A stretch of 64,000 bases of DNA from Podarcis melisellensis (taxonomy: Eukaryota). A program made the translations under genes and the position numbers. The notes below the pieces were generated by a model, which had not been told where the DNA came from, searched no databases, and saw nothing but the letters and a program-made list of their open reading frames with translations. Positions within the stretch are counted from its first letter, which is position 1. Each line of letters begins with the position of its first letter. The stretch is from the NCBI GenBank assembly GCA_964234715.1, contig OZ174278.1; one strand, 5' to 3'. Below, piece after piece: positions 27,635 through 39,579 of this stretch.

Positions 27635-30600
27635 AAAAAAAACAACTCCATGCAAGTTTATTCAGGCACAGGTGTCTTCCCTACATCTTGCACAGTGAAG
27701 ACAAATAATTGATTCAGCTCCTCTGCAGTCTCCTTTTACTCGTTTAGCACATATTTGGCTCTTTTGTCATCCAAAGGCCTGACTACCTCCCTATGCAGTC
27801 ACCTGCTTTGAATGTAATTAAATAATTTTTGTCAGTCCTTGTTTTTATCATTTGTTGTTTTCATTGGTTTATTATTTATTGGTCTGTCTGCCTTTCTATT
27901 AGGACTAGACTTCCATTTTCTGAGGGAATCCTTCCTGCCTCTGATAGCTTCCTTGACTCTGCTCTTTACCACACCAGCATCTTAATGATCCTGGTGGTAC
28001 CTTTCCAGATCTGTGGAATATATTCTAGCTAGACTTCTATTATTGTGGTTTTGAACAACCCTGGGGATTCTGGAGAGACCTGTCCCTCTTGACTTTCAGC
28101 TTCCATTTTACCAATCACCTCATTTTGGCGAAGTTTCCTCCTTTGAAATAAAATGTGACTGTGTTGGATTTTATTGGCAATTTACATATATGTTGAATTT
28201 GATAGCACTGCGGTAATTGTTTCCAATCTGCTTAACACATCTTCCACCTGGTCCTGAGTTTCTCTTAAGTTTTAAGTCTTGGGTTGCCACCCCTCTAGTT
28301 GGTACAATGACCACCTGTTAGGAAACAGTCATTTAGGATATCTAGAAATTTTATTTCTTTTTTATTATTAGAAAATGCATGTCGCCCATTATATGCGTGG
28401 GTTACTGAAGTTTCCCATTACTATAGCATTTTCTCATTTGGATGCCTCCTTGATTTAATCCTTCATTTCAAGATTACCCTGGGCATTTTGGTCAGGGGAA
28501 TTCTCAGTGCTAAATTACTTTTGGGAGCTGGTATAATGCCCCCCCCCCATTTCTGTGAAGGAACCTGCCCCTTTTGGAGTTTCTAGCTTGTTGGACTTGT
28601 GTTCTCTCTGTTAAACAGAGCAGCCTCAGCTCTAGACCATGTATAGAGTCTGTATCCAGAGATCATCATGTCCCACTGGCACTCTCCATTCTACCAAGTT
28701 TCCATTATACCCACTGTATCTATTCTGTCATCTAACTTGGCTTGTCTTCTAGCATTATCATATAAATACTTCTACATAGTGTCTTCAGCACATGTGTTAC
28801 TCTGCAGTGCTTCAAACCTTTGAATTGCTATCATGTGCCCCTGCACTCTTAATGCCTATTTCTATCCTTCTCTCCTCTAAATACGGGTAACTTATGGACG
28901 CTTAACTTGTACGATTTCAGCTTTGCACGGTTGAAGGCTGGTCAGTTGAAATCACACAAATTAAAAGCACAGAAGGCAGGAGCTTAAAAGTTCTTTTTAC
29001 AAAGTGTTTTCCCAGTGCAGAAAGAGCTTTTGAGCTGTCAGACTTGCTTGCTGGGTTCTGGTAGATCTCGCAAGAGCTTCCCAGAGCCCAGTAAGCAGTT
29101 CAGTTCCATTTTTTTTGGGGGGGGGGGGAATGATATACTTGAAATAGATTTCCTTCAGCAGACTTCTGCATAAAATACTAAGGAGCTATATGGTCTGTGC
29201 CCATAAGTCACCATACTGCAGTAAATCAGTTTGATAATAGCATTTATGTAATTTTTAAAATTCATGTCTCCTCTCTTTCAGGTCTCCTGCAAGCGCAGAA
29301 TCTCTTAACGCAACTACCTCAGCAAAGCCAAGCCAACCTCCTGCAGTCTCAGCCAAGCATCACTTTCACCTCTCAGGTCAGTTTTCGATACATTTACTTG
29401 GTGGGGTTAGGATGAGAGAATTCAGCCATGGTGCATAGCAAAAGTTGTCCATTTTATTATTCTAGAGAGACAATGAACTGGTGGCTGCCTCTCACTTAAG
29501 AGATTGTTGACATATTCTAAAAACCTTTGCACTTGTGCTGGAAAATTTTGAGCACAGTGTATGTGTCATGCTATATTTTACGTATCAAGAAATTACTGGG
29601 AAATGTATTAACGCATCTGGAAAGCAGTGATTAGAAGTCTAGCTACTGTCAGAATAGGAATTGTGCTTAGATGCAACTTCTGAACCTGTCCTAAGTCCAT
29701 CTGATAACACTTTGTCACTTGCTAAAAAGCTTTATAGCAGAAAAGCCATAAACTCTTTCTGGAGCTGTTTTGGACTTTTGGGACTTTACTCTTCCCACTC
29801 ACCCCTTTGCTTTGTTCAGTCATTCTCTTTTTTGCATAGTGAGAATAATTGGGAGAAAGTGTACTTCATTCTTAAGCAGAAAAATTAAAGGATCAGGAGA
29901 CACCTTTGTTTTTATTGTCCTTTTAAAAGAATTTCTCTGTTGAATAAAATTCCCTTTGAGAATACTCTAGATTGCAATACCTATTTTAGTGTTGAATGTA
30001 ATTAAAATACAATGCGTATGCTAGAAAATAGTAGATACTAGCATTTACCAAGAAAAGCCATACTTTTTTTCTTAACCATTCTTTATTTCTGTATGTTTTC
30101 TGACTTCACTCTTTGCTTTCTTATATTTCTTAGCAGCCAGCAACCCCAACACGCACAATAGCAGCGACCCCTATTCAGCCACTTCCACAGAGCCAGTCAA
30201 CACCAAAGCGAATTGATACCCCCAGCTTGGAAGAGCCCAGTGATCTTGAGGAGCTTGAGCAATTTGCCAAGACTTTCAAACAAAGACGGATCAAACTTGG
30301 ATTCACTCAGGTAAAATGGAAGATTTAAGATCCCTTCACAATGGGTAAAATACCAGTGTTCAGATCTGGAAGGACAGGGTCTATATCACTTTTCCTAATT
30401 TGTCATGACTTCTTATGTGGGTTTTTATTAGTGTCTGTGGAGGATTTGTGAATTTCCAAGTGAAATGCATTTTAATTAATGTCAAGCAAACATAAGCCAC
30501 CTTATACCGAGCCAGACCATTGGTCCTTAAGTTCAGTATTGTCTGCATTGGCTACTAGCAGTTCTCCAAGGTTACAAACAGGAGAACTCCCCCGTTCTAC

Positions 30601-33600
30601 CTGTAGGTAGAAGGGATTTTGCATGCAAATCATGTGTTGTACCATTGAACTACAGAGCTGCCACTTCAGATGGGTTCTGTACAGAAACCACTTTAGTTAT
30701 CCAAATGGATTAGCTTTGCAAGGAGATCAAGGTGAGTTTGCCCCTACGATTTCTCCTGGACATTTTGGAAGCTTTTGCTGCCATCACCCACAGCATCCTT
30801 TTGGACTGCCTGGCTGGGATGAGAGTGAATGGCACAGTTGTTTTATTACTACCTGGTGGGTCCGGTTCGGAAAGTGGTTCTGCAAGACTATGGCTCCACA
30901 CCATACCATGTATGCTATGGGGTTCCATGGGCTTCTAATTTGTCCCCCTGGCTACCACTTCATCACAGGTAGGCAAACTGTTCCTCGTGCCTCCTAAAGC
31001 TGCCCCATTCCTCCATCCCATCAAAGTTCTTTCCTCCACTTCCCCCTTTTTTTCCTTGCTCACCTCCCCACGCCCACCCTTGGAGCAGAAAACTGAGAAG
31101 AAATTGGTGGGCTGCTGCCTTGTGTGCATTGTACTGAAAAGAATACCTCTATACTTATTTGAGAACACCTCCATCAAATCTAGTGAGGTTTCCTTCTAAA
31201 TAGGGCTGGAGATCAGAGTTTCAGATGTGGTGAGTCCATGGCCTTCACTTTGTACGCAGAAGTAAATCAGTGGTATGAAATTCTTTTTACAAGCTTAAGC
31301 TGGTGCACATGCTGTGATCCTCCTGGGCAAAGATAGCCTGACCACTTTTCTCTATAAGAAAAGTTATAACCAAAATGACCCATTGCAACACACTTTATGG
31401 GAGATGATATCTCATCAGATCTAAAAGAGCTCTATTGGTTCCTTATACATTTCTAGGTTTAGTGCTGAGCGTTGTAGCTATAAAGGGCTTTACAGGCTTT
31501 CTTAAGGACTGCCTACTCCTGTACAAACCTGTCCATTTCTGAGCTCACCTGGGGATGCCTTTCTTAAGGTTCCCCCACCTTTTGAGAAAAGCATGGTAGT
31601 AATTAAAGATTGGACTTTCCCTGTATTGACATAATATTTGGGGCTTATGATATTTTTAAAGTGGTCTTGTGGGTCCATACATACAGAAAAGCAATGCTAG
31701 GAAAGGATCATCATAATTTTCCCAGTAAAATTTGTTTGAGCAGACTTTAATGAGAATCAACTTATTTATGTTAAGCATATATGGATGAGCCATGCTTCTG
31801 TAGCTTTTTCAGATGTATGCACTTCAAACTCCATTGAATGTATATCCTATGTGACAACCTAATCAATCTTTCCTTAACTGAGATGGGCAAAAATTCAATT
31901 GTGGATGGAAATTCATCTCCCCCTCCCCTAAGTCAAAGGGGCACCTTGTACTTCTCTGTTTTGCAGCAAAACATTGTACCACTAGGATGCCAAACAGTAT
32001 AGTATTTACTTAACAATTATATTGCACAAGCTATATACATAATTAGTTTTTAATGATAGTGATTGCTTAATTATGTGAGAGGATAGTAATTAGAAAACTG
32101 AAGTAATAAATGTTTAATTTCTCAAAGTGTGTGTGAGAGAGAGAATTATTTGCCGGTGGTACAGTAAGTTATTTTCAGATGCTTATAGATTTATTGTTCT
32201 GTCTTTCAGACATAATTACGGAGTTCAGGTTTATATAGAAGACTAATAGACTAATTGCCTATTGCAATTCAATTCTCAAGTTAAAAAAAAATCAAAAGAA
32301 GACTTTACAATTTAAAATAAATATCTAAAGTAGGAGATTAAGTGGTATGGTCATTCGACTCCTCATTGTATCCAAAGGTGGTGGATGTCCTACATAAACA
32401 AAAAGAATTCAGTTTGTTATCCCAGTTGTTTCCCAGCTGTTGTCAATTTGATCTGTCATGAGTTGTACATGAATTAAATGAGTTTATGTACTTGACCCTG
32501 ATACTTTTTATGTGACTGTATGCAGAGGCACTCATTCATTGAGCTGACATCCCTTAACGTTGCAAGAAAATGCTTAACTTCACTTAACTGTTGGACTTGA
32601 AGGCTGTGGAAACTGATTCAGCCCTCTGTGTTGAGGCAGAATCCCTTAAGCAGTTAAACCTTGGATCCCGAACACCTCTGTTTCAGAATGTTTAAGCTCT
32701 CAGACGTTTTTCAGAAGCCGAACGTCCGACATGGCTTCCGCTGAGTGCAGGAAGTTCCTGCAACTGATTGGAAGCCGTGCCTAGGTTGTCAAACATTTTG
32801 GAAGCCAAATGGGCTTCCGGAATGGATTACGTTCGACAACTGAGGTTTGACTGTACATAACACTTCACCTGGCCTCCTCACCAAACAGGGTGCTGGTCAG
32901 ATCCTTTGACCAAGTGCTAACTTTAAAATTTAGAAACAGTTCATTGCTAACCAAAGTAATTGGCCTTTGAAGATGCAGAATTTGGTGCATTTGGTGACCT
33001 GTAGATAACATCTTTATTCCTTCTTGAGCAACACTTTTGCAAGATGGTCTATCTTACACCAATTTTAAAGCATGTGTTGGACATAAATTTATCAAAAGGA
33101 CAGTTTAATTCAGTGGGAAGCTAGCATACGTCTATCAACAAGACAGAAGAAATCTGAGTGTGTTTCCGTTGTATCTGTCAATAGCTTTGTAATGAGATTT
33201 ATTTTATTACATCTGTCCTATAGAAGTATATGTTGTTGAGCAACTTCTTTTATTCCCATCTTCTTTTCTTTCAACCGTGCAGGGTGATGTTGGGCTCGCT
33301 ATGGGTAAACTCTATGGAAATGACTTCAGTCAAACTACTATCTCTCGCTTTGAAGCCTTGAACCTCAGCTTTAAGAACATGTGCAAGTTAAAACCACTTC
33401 TGGAAAAGTGGCTCAATGATGCAGGTGAGAATTTGCTTTAAAAATTCCTGAAATACTGCAGAACAACTCTGAATTTCGTAAAGATTTTTATTCAAATGCT
33501 CTTTGTGGTGGGGTTCAATTTTGTTATACTTACAACAGAGATTTTCATTCTGTTCAGTCTGTTATGCAAGTGGAATAGATTGAAGAAGCATAAATAGCTA

Positions 33601-36600
33601 CTTACTTGAGCGGTCTTTCTGAAGCATTTGTACGGCACTGGCTCTGATGTGAAAATAATTGCACATATACAGTGTTTTTCAACCACATAATCATAAAGTT
33701 ACTCTGGCACTTTTTATTCTTAAGACCAAAAAAATGCTCAAAAATACATGAGCAAAAATATTGGCTGGTGCATATAAAAAGTTAGTGGCTAACCAATGTG
33801 GCCATGTGCAATTAGGTTTGATCAAACCTTGTCTCCTTCAGATCTTGAGAACTGACTTTCCACTGAGCTGTATAGTATGGCTTTTTAAATAGGAAGTACT
33901 GTTAGTTTCAGTATTTCTGCTACATAGGACCCATAGGCCTAGATACTAGATGTCCCTTCCACAAATTGAATGGCTCAGTCTGTTTGCAGAATGGCTTTCG
34001 ATCCACTGGTAGTGATGCAATTCATCCTGTAGCCCACCACACACCACCTCCCGCTCTCTTCTGCAAGGTGCCTCAACTCCCTTGAGCAGATTTGGAGGAG
34101 GGGAGGAACAGGGGGCTGCTGGGAGGAGGGATAATTGGTGAAACTTGATGGGAAGGTCCTATGAGTGGATTTCTGCTCAAGGCAACTTGAGATCCAAGCC
34201 ATAGAATTTTTGGATATTTGTTTGCTTGTATACTACCTTTCAGGACTATACAGTGGTTCACATTATAAAGGAAATTAAATTACAATATGAAATACACTGT
34301 GTACAATAACTGCATGAAATACACAATGTACAAAACCAGTAACCCCACATCGCATACAGCAAATGAATAAGGTCAGCAGAGGCAGGCTGCAAACCCCTTA
34401 ACTAAAGGCCTGGGATACATTTTTAACTGGTGCTAGAAACTATTTAAGGTAGGTGTCAGTCAGGTCTGTAAGGGAAGGGCATGCCACAATCATGGTACCC
34501 TTACACTCAGTTATGGGAGTGTAGTCTGGCATCAGGAGGCCCAGTGCTGGTCATTCCTAGGTTGAGGGGGGGCATTACATGAGTTAATGTGTAGTTGTTT
34601 AACCAAGTACTGTGAGTGGTACCTTTTAAAAATATATTCTTAGCACGCTTTAGTGACCTTGACTTGTGTTGACTCTTTTCAGAAAACCTCTCATCAGATT
34701 CAGCTCTCTCCAGCCCAAGTGCCCTGAATTCCCCAGGGCTGGGGATTGAGGGCTTGAACCGCAGGAGGAAGAAACGCACCAGCATAGAGACCAACATACG
34801 TGTGGCCTTAGAGAAGAGTTTCCTGGAGGTTAGTCAGTCTGTTGCCCTGCTGAGTAGTTTCAGCATAGCATGAAATGATAAAATGGTATAAGAAAAATTA
34901 AATAACATTATAAAATACTATATTACCTGACACACTATGACTATATGAATCACGTGACCTTCTGTCCTTCCCATGTAAGAAGTAGAAGAGGAATTGGTGC
35001 ATCTTCCCTGCTATGAGAGAGATATTTCAGTTGTATCTGCAACAATTATAGGTAGCTGCTGGCTTTCATTGTTGCAGCTTCCCTGTAAAATGGGAATTCA
35101 CCCAGTGTCCAAACTATAACTGAGCTCTTCTCTTCAAATTACTACTCTTTCAGAACCAAAAGCCTACCTCGGAAGAGATCACCATGATAGCTGACCAGCT
35201 GAACATGGAGAAAGAGGTGATCCGCGTTTGGTTCTGTAACCGGCGCCAGAAGGAGAAAAGGATTAACCCACCGAGTAGTGGTGGAACCAGCAGCTCGCCC
35301 ATCAAAGCAATTTTCCCTTGCCCAACTTCATTGGTAAGAATTAACTTGAGTTATACCAGACTGGAAGAAATTAAAATCACTCCTATCCTCTTGGTAATGA
35401 GGTTGACATAATGCAGATTTCAAAATCAATCTTCAGTGGTCACTGCTGTGTTCAGTACACCACCTATTGCTTCTACTTTGGTCCATATTGAAGAAGACAT
35501 CCTCCAGAGGGCTTTGAGTACTAAGCGAGACATGAATTGTTGCTGGATTGAGCTGGGTGATTCACATGGGTGTTTGCGTTATACATAGCTTAATGATTTT
35601 CTCACTACAAGTAGCACTGTAGCATAGTTCTAAGCTTCAAAGAATGAAAATCCAAAGCTATATAATAGTATGTGCTTGCTAGCTTCTATATTTGTAGGTA
35701 AGTAGTAAACATTTAAATCTGGTTTCTTTTCCTTTCTAAGAAAGCTTAGCTGTTTTGTTCTGACCTCTAGGTGGCAACCACACCAAGCCTTGTGACAAGC
35801 AGTGCAGCTACAACCCTGACTGTCAACCCTGTGCTCCCTCTAACCAGCGCGGCAGTAACTAGTTTGGCAGTCACAGGTAAGAGAATATTCAGACTTCCTC
35901 AGCGCAGAAGTACTTGCTGTTACAAAGACTAAAATTTAGTGACCTATTATGTCAGAGAATCACTGGCATCATTTGTATCCAGGGTTGTTTGTTAAGCAAC
36001 AAGTTTTAATACACTCAGATCCAAGATAAACAGTGCCTTTTGGGTTCTGTTCACAATACTGTACTAACACACAGTGTCCATTGAGTTAATCAGTCCTCTT
36101 TTTCTTACACTTTGGCACATTGCCCTTTCATTCCATTGGAATGGTGTCTTTTGTTCTCTGTCTGTCTTGTAGTTTTAGATCTCTTCCAGGAGTATTAACT
36201 ATTTTAGTCTGATTGAAACCATCATTTCAGGCACCACAGAAACCATCCCCAACAACACAGCGACTGTGATTTCTACCGCGCCCCCGGCTTCCTCAGCAGT
36301 GACATCACCCTCCCTGAGTCCCTCTCCTTCTGCCTCCGCTTCCACTTCTGAGGCATCGAGTGCCAGTGAGACCAGCACAACACAGACAACCTCCACCCCC
36401 ATGTCCTCAGCAATTGGGACCAGCCAGGTGATGGTAACTGCTTCTGGGTTGCAAACAGCAGCAGCGGCACTCCAAGGAGCTGCACAGTTGCCTGCAAATG
36501 CAAGTCTTGCTGCCATGGCAGCAGCAGCAGGACTAAATCCAGGCTTGATGGCATCCTCACAGTTTGCAGCTGGGTAGGTATCTGCCATTCTTAAAATTTG

Positions 36601-37151
36601 CTTGCCATTTTAACTATCTAGCCTTCAGGCATCAGATGTCAATACACTGCACATTTAGCACCTTTACTTAAAAATAAGTGCTGTTTGAAAATAAAGATTG
36701 CCTTAATTCTTTCTTTTAATTCAGTAGTTAAGCCCATCAGAGATTATTGGCACTTTTCAGGTATAAAAATGTTTGAATGCAAGTTTTTATGTTTCTTGCC
36801 ACTTTTAAGATAGATTTTAAAGAATGCAACCAGTCAATAATAAATCCTAGGTAGAAATGCTGCTGAAAGGATCTGCGTCCGTTTTTGTGATAAACAAATT
36901 CAAATTTGACTTTTAAATTCTAATTCTGTGTCTTAAGACTGCTCACCTGGAAAGTCGCTATGTCTTCAGTTTTTGTTTCCTGTTTTGGGATTGCAGAGGT
37001 GCCTTACTCAGTCTCAATCCAGGGACACTAGGCGGTGCTCTCAGCCCAGCTCTGATGAGTAACAGCACTCTGGCAACTATTCAAGGTCAGTGGACTTTCA
37101 CCAGTCTTCCCATGTCTGTTATGTTTGTGTTTTTCATAGGGTTCTTTCCCC

Positions 37152-37211
<60 letters not shown>

Positions 37212-39146
37212 CTGCAAATCCTAAACCTCCTTGCTTGGAAATGTCACACTGAAGAGACTTGCTTCTACATAAACATTTACCTTTATATATTTAAATCTCC
37301 ATCAACCACACATGCACACTTCACACTCATGACAATGAAGGGGTGACATATTTTATTCCAAACTCCTTTTGACATTCAGAGATAATAATTAGTCTGAGTA
37401 AAATCAGTATATGAAAACACCCTTGTGAGGATTTTCACTTAGAAGCCTCCAGGGAAATGATCAACCTTCATACACCAGGATCCTCTCAGACCTTCTTTCA
37501 GGAATGAATGTGACACAGTTGAAGGCTGTCAGTCAAACACTTGTGAGTTCCAGATACATTGGTAAGAAACCTGAAGCATCAACTGCATGATTGCTATTGC
37601 CTCTTATCACTTTATAGGAGTTCATAGTTCAGAGAGGCTGCCAACACAATTCCAGTGCCATGCTGAGACCAGAAAAACAGACTATTAAATCCTAACCTAG
37701 TCCTTGGGGATAAAATTTCACCCCAGTGTATTTTTTGAAAATCCAGTGCTGTGTAAATTCTGCAACAATGTAGTCCCATCTAAGACATTGTTGCCTGCAC
37801 AGTCATAAACAAACAAGTACATTTTATTCATAGCGATATGTAGCTCTTTTACAAAAGAAAAGTACATATATGTGCAAATGTTCTTGGTGTACAAAAATTC
37901 CTTTTATTAATATTCATAATCAAGCACTTCATTTGTTTGCATATATTTCCCTCCACCAAACCAAGCTAGCGACTGGTCAGGCTTTGCAAGTCAACAAAAA
38001 AGCCAGGCTGTAAACTGATCTACTCTTAATATGAAATGATTCTTCAAAGTGAACAGGTACTCCATGAATTAATTATCAGAGCACAGAAGGTGAATAATAC
38101 ACAATGGCTTAAGCATTCTTCAGGTGGTTGAAAGGTGACTTCATATATCTTTATGCATGAGCCTTTATAATACTTTAATGCAGGGTTTGGGGAAGTTTTT
38201 CAGCCCCAGGGCCTCATTCCCTCAAGGAGCCTTGTGAGGCCCACTTGCCACTGGCAGGTGAGGCCAGAGGCAAAAGTGGGCATAACAATGGATGTGACTT
38301 TTGCCTTTGTGCAGAGTGTGGAAAGTTCAAAAGTTTCAGTAAGTGCACACATTTAGCCATCGAATCTCTGCAACCAGGCAAACGAAAAAGGCATGTTTGC
38401 AGTTGAAGGATGAATTTCAGCTAGGCAAAAGCACTCCAGAAGGGTGTGGAGCAGGGCTGGTGAGGGATGTAGCCTGTGGGGAGGGGCATGGCACAGGGAC
38501 AGGATGTGGCCAGGGGAGAGAGCCCCAAGGGACACGTAGAAAGGCCCCAAGAACTGCATTTGGGCCCTGGGCCTGAGGTTCGCCATCCCTGCTTTAATGG
38601 GTCTTCACGGCACCTGCTTTTTCCTCTGTGGTGAAAATAGTGTATTTATCTGGATAATAAAATGGTCAGTTCTCAACCCTCAGTCACTCTAAATCCACTC
38701 CAGCTTTTCCTCCTGATGTTGAGATGCTTCGTTTACTATTTTTGGAGGGTTTGTGTGTGTGTGTGTTAGCATCCACTTCAGTGCTGCTGATGTGTGGGGC
38801 TGCGAATGCTGACATTTTCTTCTGCCCCTCTCTAGCTCTTGCATCTGGTGGCTCTCTTCCAATAACATCACTGGATGCAACTGGGAACTTGGTATTTGCC
38901 AATGCTGGAGGTACGCCGAACATCGTCACTGCCCCTCTGTTCCTGAACCCTCAGAACCTTTCACTGCTCACCAGCAACCCAGTTAGCTTGGTCTCTGCAG
39001 CTGCAGCTTCCGCAGGGGCCTCTGGACCAGTTGCCAGCCTTCATGCCACCTCCACCTCAGCAGAGTCTATCCAGAACTCTCTCTTCACCGTGGCCTCGGC
39101 CAGCGGGGCTGCCTCCACCACTACTACTGCCTCCAAGGCGCAGTGA
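3054..39146 (+). CDS. POU2F1: POU domain class 2 transcription factor 1 (Oct-1), spliced CDS join(3054-3122,11733-11827,16574-16627,19311-19430,21770-21949,25436-25562,29282-29376,30137-30310,33283-33424,34683-34828,35154-35333,35771-35876,36231-36573,36997-37085,38836-39146); ubiquitous first exon not in window
   Basis: All 15 exons have AG/GT boundaries with compatible phases (2231 nt total). The translation matches Oct-1 throughout: [13 protein letters not shown]..., [31 protein letters not shown]..., [10 protein letters not shown]..., [15 protein letters not shown], ...TTTTASKAQ*. Confidence 0.98.
6229..7895 (+). mobile_element. 1667-bp non-autonomous L1-like retroelement with target-site duplication
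   Basis: 19-bp direct repeat GAAAGTATCACCACCATTG at 6210-6228 and 7896-7914; CpG-rich 5' end; AATAAA and A-tail at the 3' end; no long ORF. Confidence 0.85.
8529..8658. mobile_element. hAT-type MITE
   Basis: CAG...CTG termini with imperfect TIRs, 8-bp TSD ggtataca/ggtatact. Confidence 0.7.
10025..11045 (+). mobile_element. degenerate L2 LINE, reverse transcriptase fragment
   Basis: [36 protein letters not shown] remnants with frameshifts and stops. Confidence 0.88.
11733..11827 (+). CDS. POU2F1: POU2F1 exon 3 ([32 protein letters not shown])
   Basis: ccccag acceptor, gtaaat donor, translation matches Oct-1. Confidence 0.96.
12349..12690. mobile_element. degenerate hAT-type MITE, related to the 38181-38591 copy
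   Basis: Shares tttttcagccc..gcc.c.ttccc and aaagtggg motifs with the 38181 element. Confidence 0.5.
12702..12934. mobile_element. Tc1/mariner (Tigger/pogo-like) MITE
   Basis: 19-bp TIRs CAGTGGTACCTC(T/G)GGTTAC, TA on both flanks. Confidence 0.92.
14440..14892 (+). mobile_element. CR1 LINE 3' fragment
   Basis: gagggagctggatatgtttagcctgg..aagaggagactaag, ctaaacatcaggataaactttctgacagt, CR1-type tail ending gattct. Confidence 0.82.
16574..16627 (+). CDS. POU2F1: POU2F1 exon 4 ([18 protein letters not shown])
   Basis: tttttatag acceptor, gtaagt donor, 54 nt, phase 0-0. Confidence 0.95.
16919..16970. repeat. (AAT)n microsatellite, tail of the L2 copy
   Basis: about 17 perfect trinucleotide units. 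Confidence 0.95.
16919..18050 (-). mobile_element. 5'-truncated L2 LINE (RT domain, 3' end and (TAT)n tail)
   Basis: [45 protein letters not shown] on -; 3' end runs into the microsatellite tail at 16919-16970. Confidence 0.93.
19311..19430 (+). CDS. POU2F1: POU2F1 exon 5 ([15 protein letters not shown]...LAGGQITG)
   Basis: tttcctag acceptor, gtaaga donor, 120 nt. Confidence 0.96.
20099..20342. mobile_element. hAT-type MITE remnant
   Basis: caacctaaggccc..gggccagatgtggccc start; aaaaaggttactgacccctg terminus. Confidence 0.7.
21770..21949 (+). CDS. POU2F1: POU2F1 exon 6 ([11 protein letters not shown]...PIQIAQ), Gln-rich region
   Basis: ttcctag acceptor, gtgagc donor, 180 nt; overlaps ORF 21800-21994. 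Confidence 0.97.
22500..23620 (+). mobile_element. highly deleted old L2 fragments
   Basis: [13 protein letters not shown] (endonuclease-region remnant), [20 protein letters not shown]...[15 protein letters not shown]. Confidence 0.7.
23810..23849. repeat. (AC)n(AT)n microsatellite
   Basis: direct reading of the sequence. Confidence 0.9.
25436..25562 (+). CDS. POU2F1: POU2F1 exon 7 ([23 protein letters not shown]...QGQQ)
   Basis: cttcaag acceptor, gtgagc donor, 127 nt. Confidence 0.96.
25965..28800 (-). mobile_element. degenerate, internally deleted CR1 LINE
   Basis: 3' end gaacataagaagag...ctggatcaggccaaag on +; RT remnant (gtcagcaaac = FADD on -) near 26910; endonuclease DTVGIMETW remnant on - near 28700. 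Confidence 0.85.
27567..27633. repeat. compound (CTA)n(CTT)n microsatellite
   Basis: direct reading of the sequence. Confidence 0.92.
29282..29376 (+). CDS. POU2F1: POU2F1 exon 8 ([32 protein letters not shown])
   Basis: ctttcag acceptor, gtcagt donor, 95 nt. Confidence 0.96.
30137..30310 (+). CDS. POU2F1: POU2F1 exon 9, start of POU-specific domain (PATPTRT...[27 protein letters not shown])
   Basis: tagcag acceptor, gtaaaa donor, 174 nt, canonical POUs motif. Confidence 0.98.
30491..30662 (-). mobile_element. tRNA-derived squamate SINE remnant (Squam3-like)
   Basis: cttataccgagccagaccattggtcc...cagtattgtct...gcatgcaaa...taccattgaactac pattern; family name from recall. Confidence 0.55.
30690..30960 (+). 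mobile_element. L2 RT fragment
   Basis: [17 protein letters not shown] resembles L2 [17 protein letters not shown]. Confidence 0.65.
32651..32853. mobile_element. Tigger/pogo-like MITE
   Basis: TIRs CAGTTAAACCT / AGGTTTGACTG with TA on the right flank. Confidence 0.75.
33283..33424 (+). CDS. POU2F1: POU2F1 exon 10, POU-specific domain ([47 protein letters not shown])
   Basis: gtgcag acceptor, gtgaga donor, 142 nt. Confidence 0.98.
34683..34828 (+). CDS. POU2F1: POU2F1 exon 11, linker and homeodomain start (ENLSSDS...[23 protein letters not shown])
   Basis: ttttcag acceptor, gttagt donor, 146 nt. Confidence 0.97.
35154..35333 (+). CDS. POU2F1: POU2F1 exon 12, POU homeodomain ([40 protein letters not shown]...)
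   Basis: ctttcag acceptor, gtaaga donor, 180 nt, [11 protein letters not shown] motif. Confidence 0.98.
35771..35876 (+). CDS. POU2F1: POU2F1 exon 13 ([35 protein letters not shown])
   Basis: ctctag acceptor, gtaaga donor, 106 nt. Confidence 0.96.
36231..36573 (+). CDS. POU2F1: POU2F1 exon 14, Ser/Thr/Ala-rich region
   Basis: atttcag acceptor, gtaggt donor, 343 nt; overlaps ORF 36266-36577. Confidence 0.97.
36997..37085 (+). CDS. POU2F1: POU2F1 exon 15 ([29 protein letters not shown])
   Basis: ttgcag acceptor, gtcagt donor, 89 nt. Confidence 0.96.
37155..37207. repeat. (GA)n microsatellite
   Basis: about 26 perfect dinucleotide units, 70 nt after the exon 15 donor. Confidence 0.95.
38181..38591. 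mobile_element. hAT-type MITE, 411 bp
   Basis: TIRs CAGGGTTTGGGGAA / TTCGCCATCCCTG; perfect 8-bp TSD CTTTAATG at 38173-38180 and 38592-38599. Confidence 0.9.
38836..39146 (+). CDS. POU2F1: POU2F1 last coding exon ([17 protein letters not shown]...TTTTASKAQ*)
   Basis: ctctctag acceptor, TGA at 39144-39146, Oct-1 C-terminus. Confidence 0.97.
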
Positions 39147-39579
39147 GTTGGACTGAGCTGTGCTTACCCATAGCCTATTTTACTCTGCAGTGAGATGGGC
39201 TGCCAGCTGGGTTTACAAACTGCAAAATGTGATTGGTTTCCTCTCACCGTGTTGCTGGGGACAAGGGAGAGAAGGAAAAATACAAAAGGAAAAAAAAAAC
39301 CAAGAAGAAGGATTTAAAACTGGGACAAACATTTGCCTAATTTTATAATAAACACTGTCTTTTCAGGATTGCTTCATTGACTGGAGAACTTTCTAACCAA
39401 AAATGTATAAAACAAAAAAGGACTACTTATCATTTCCAGCAGTATCAATGACAAGTTAAGGTGGGTTATCAACTCAAACGTAGGAATGGGATTTCTTCTT
39501 TCTTTTTGATCTAAATATCTTTTTTTAATTATCATTTATTGGTCTGTTGTACAGGCCATAATGTCATACAAGGTGTTTA

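Noticed and set aside
34683-34760. Two extra residues (LG) in the POU linker relative to human
   Set aside because: As I recall, the same longer linker occurs in mouse Oct-1, so it is not unusual
36181-36230. Alternative upstream acceptor (ttccag at 36189) for exon 14
   Set aside because: In-frame TGA before the canonical exon; no evidence of use
36199-36588. 129-aa and 95-aa - strand ORFs
   Set aside because: Antisense shadows of the low-complexity POU2F1 exon 14
37055-37252. ORF with (ER)n repeat
   Set aside because: Read-through from exon 15 into an intronic (GA)n microsatellite; no support for intron retention
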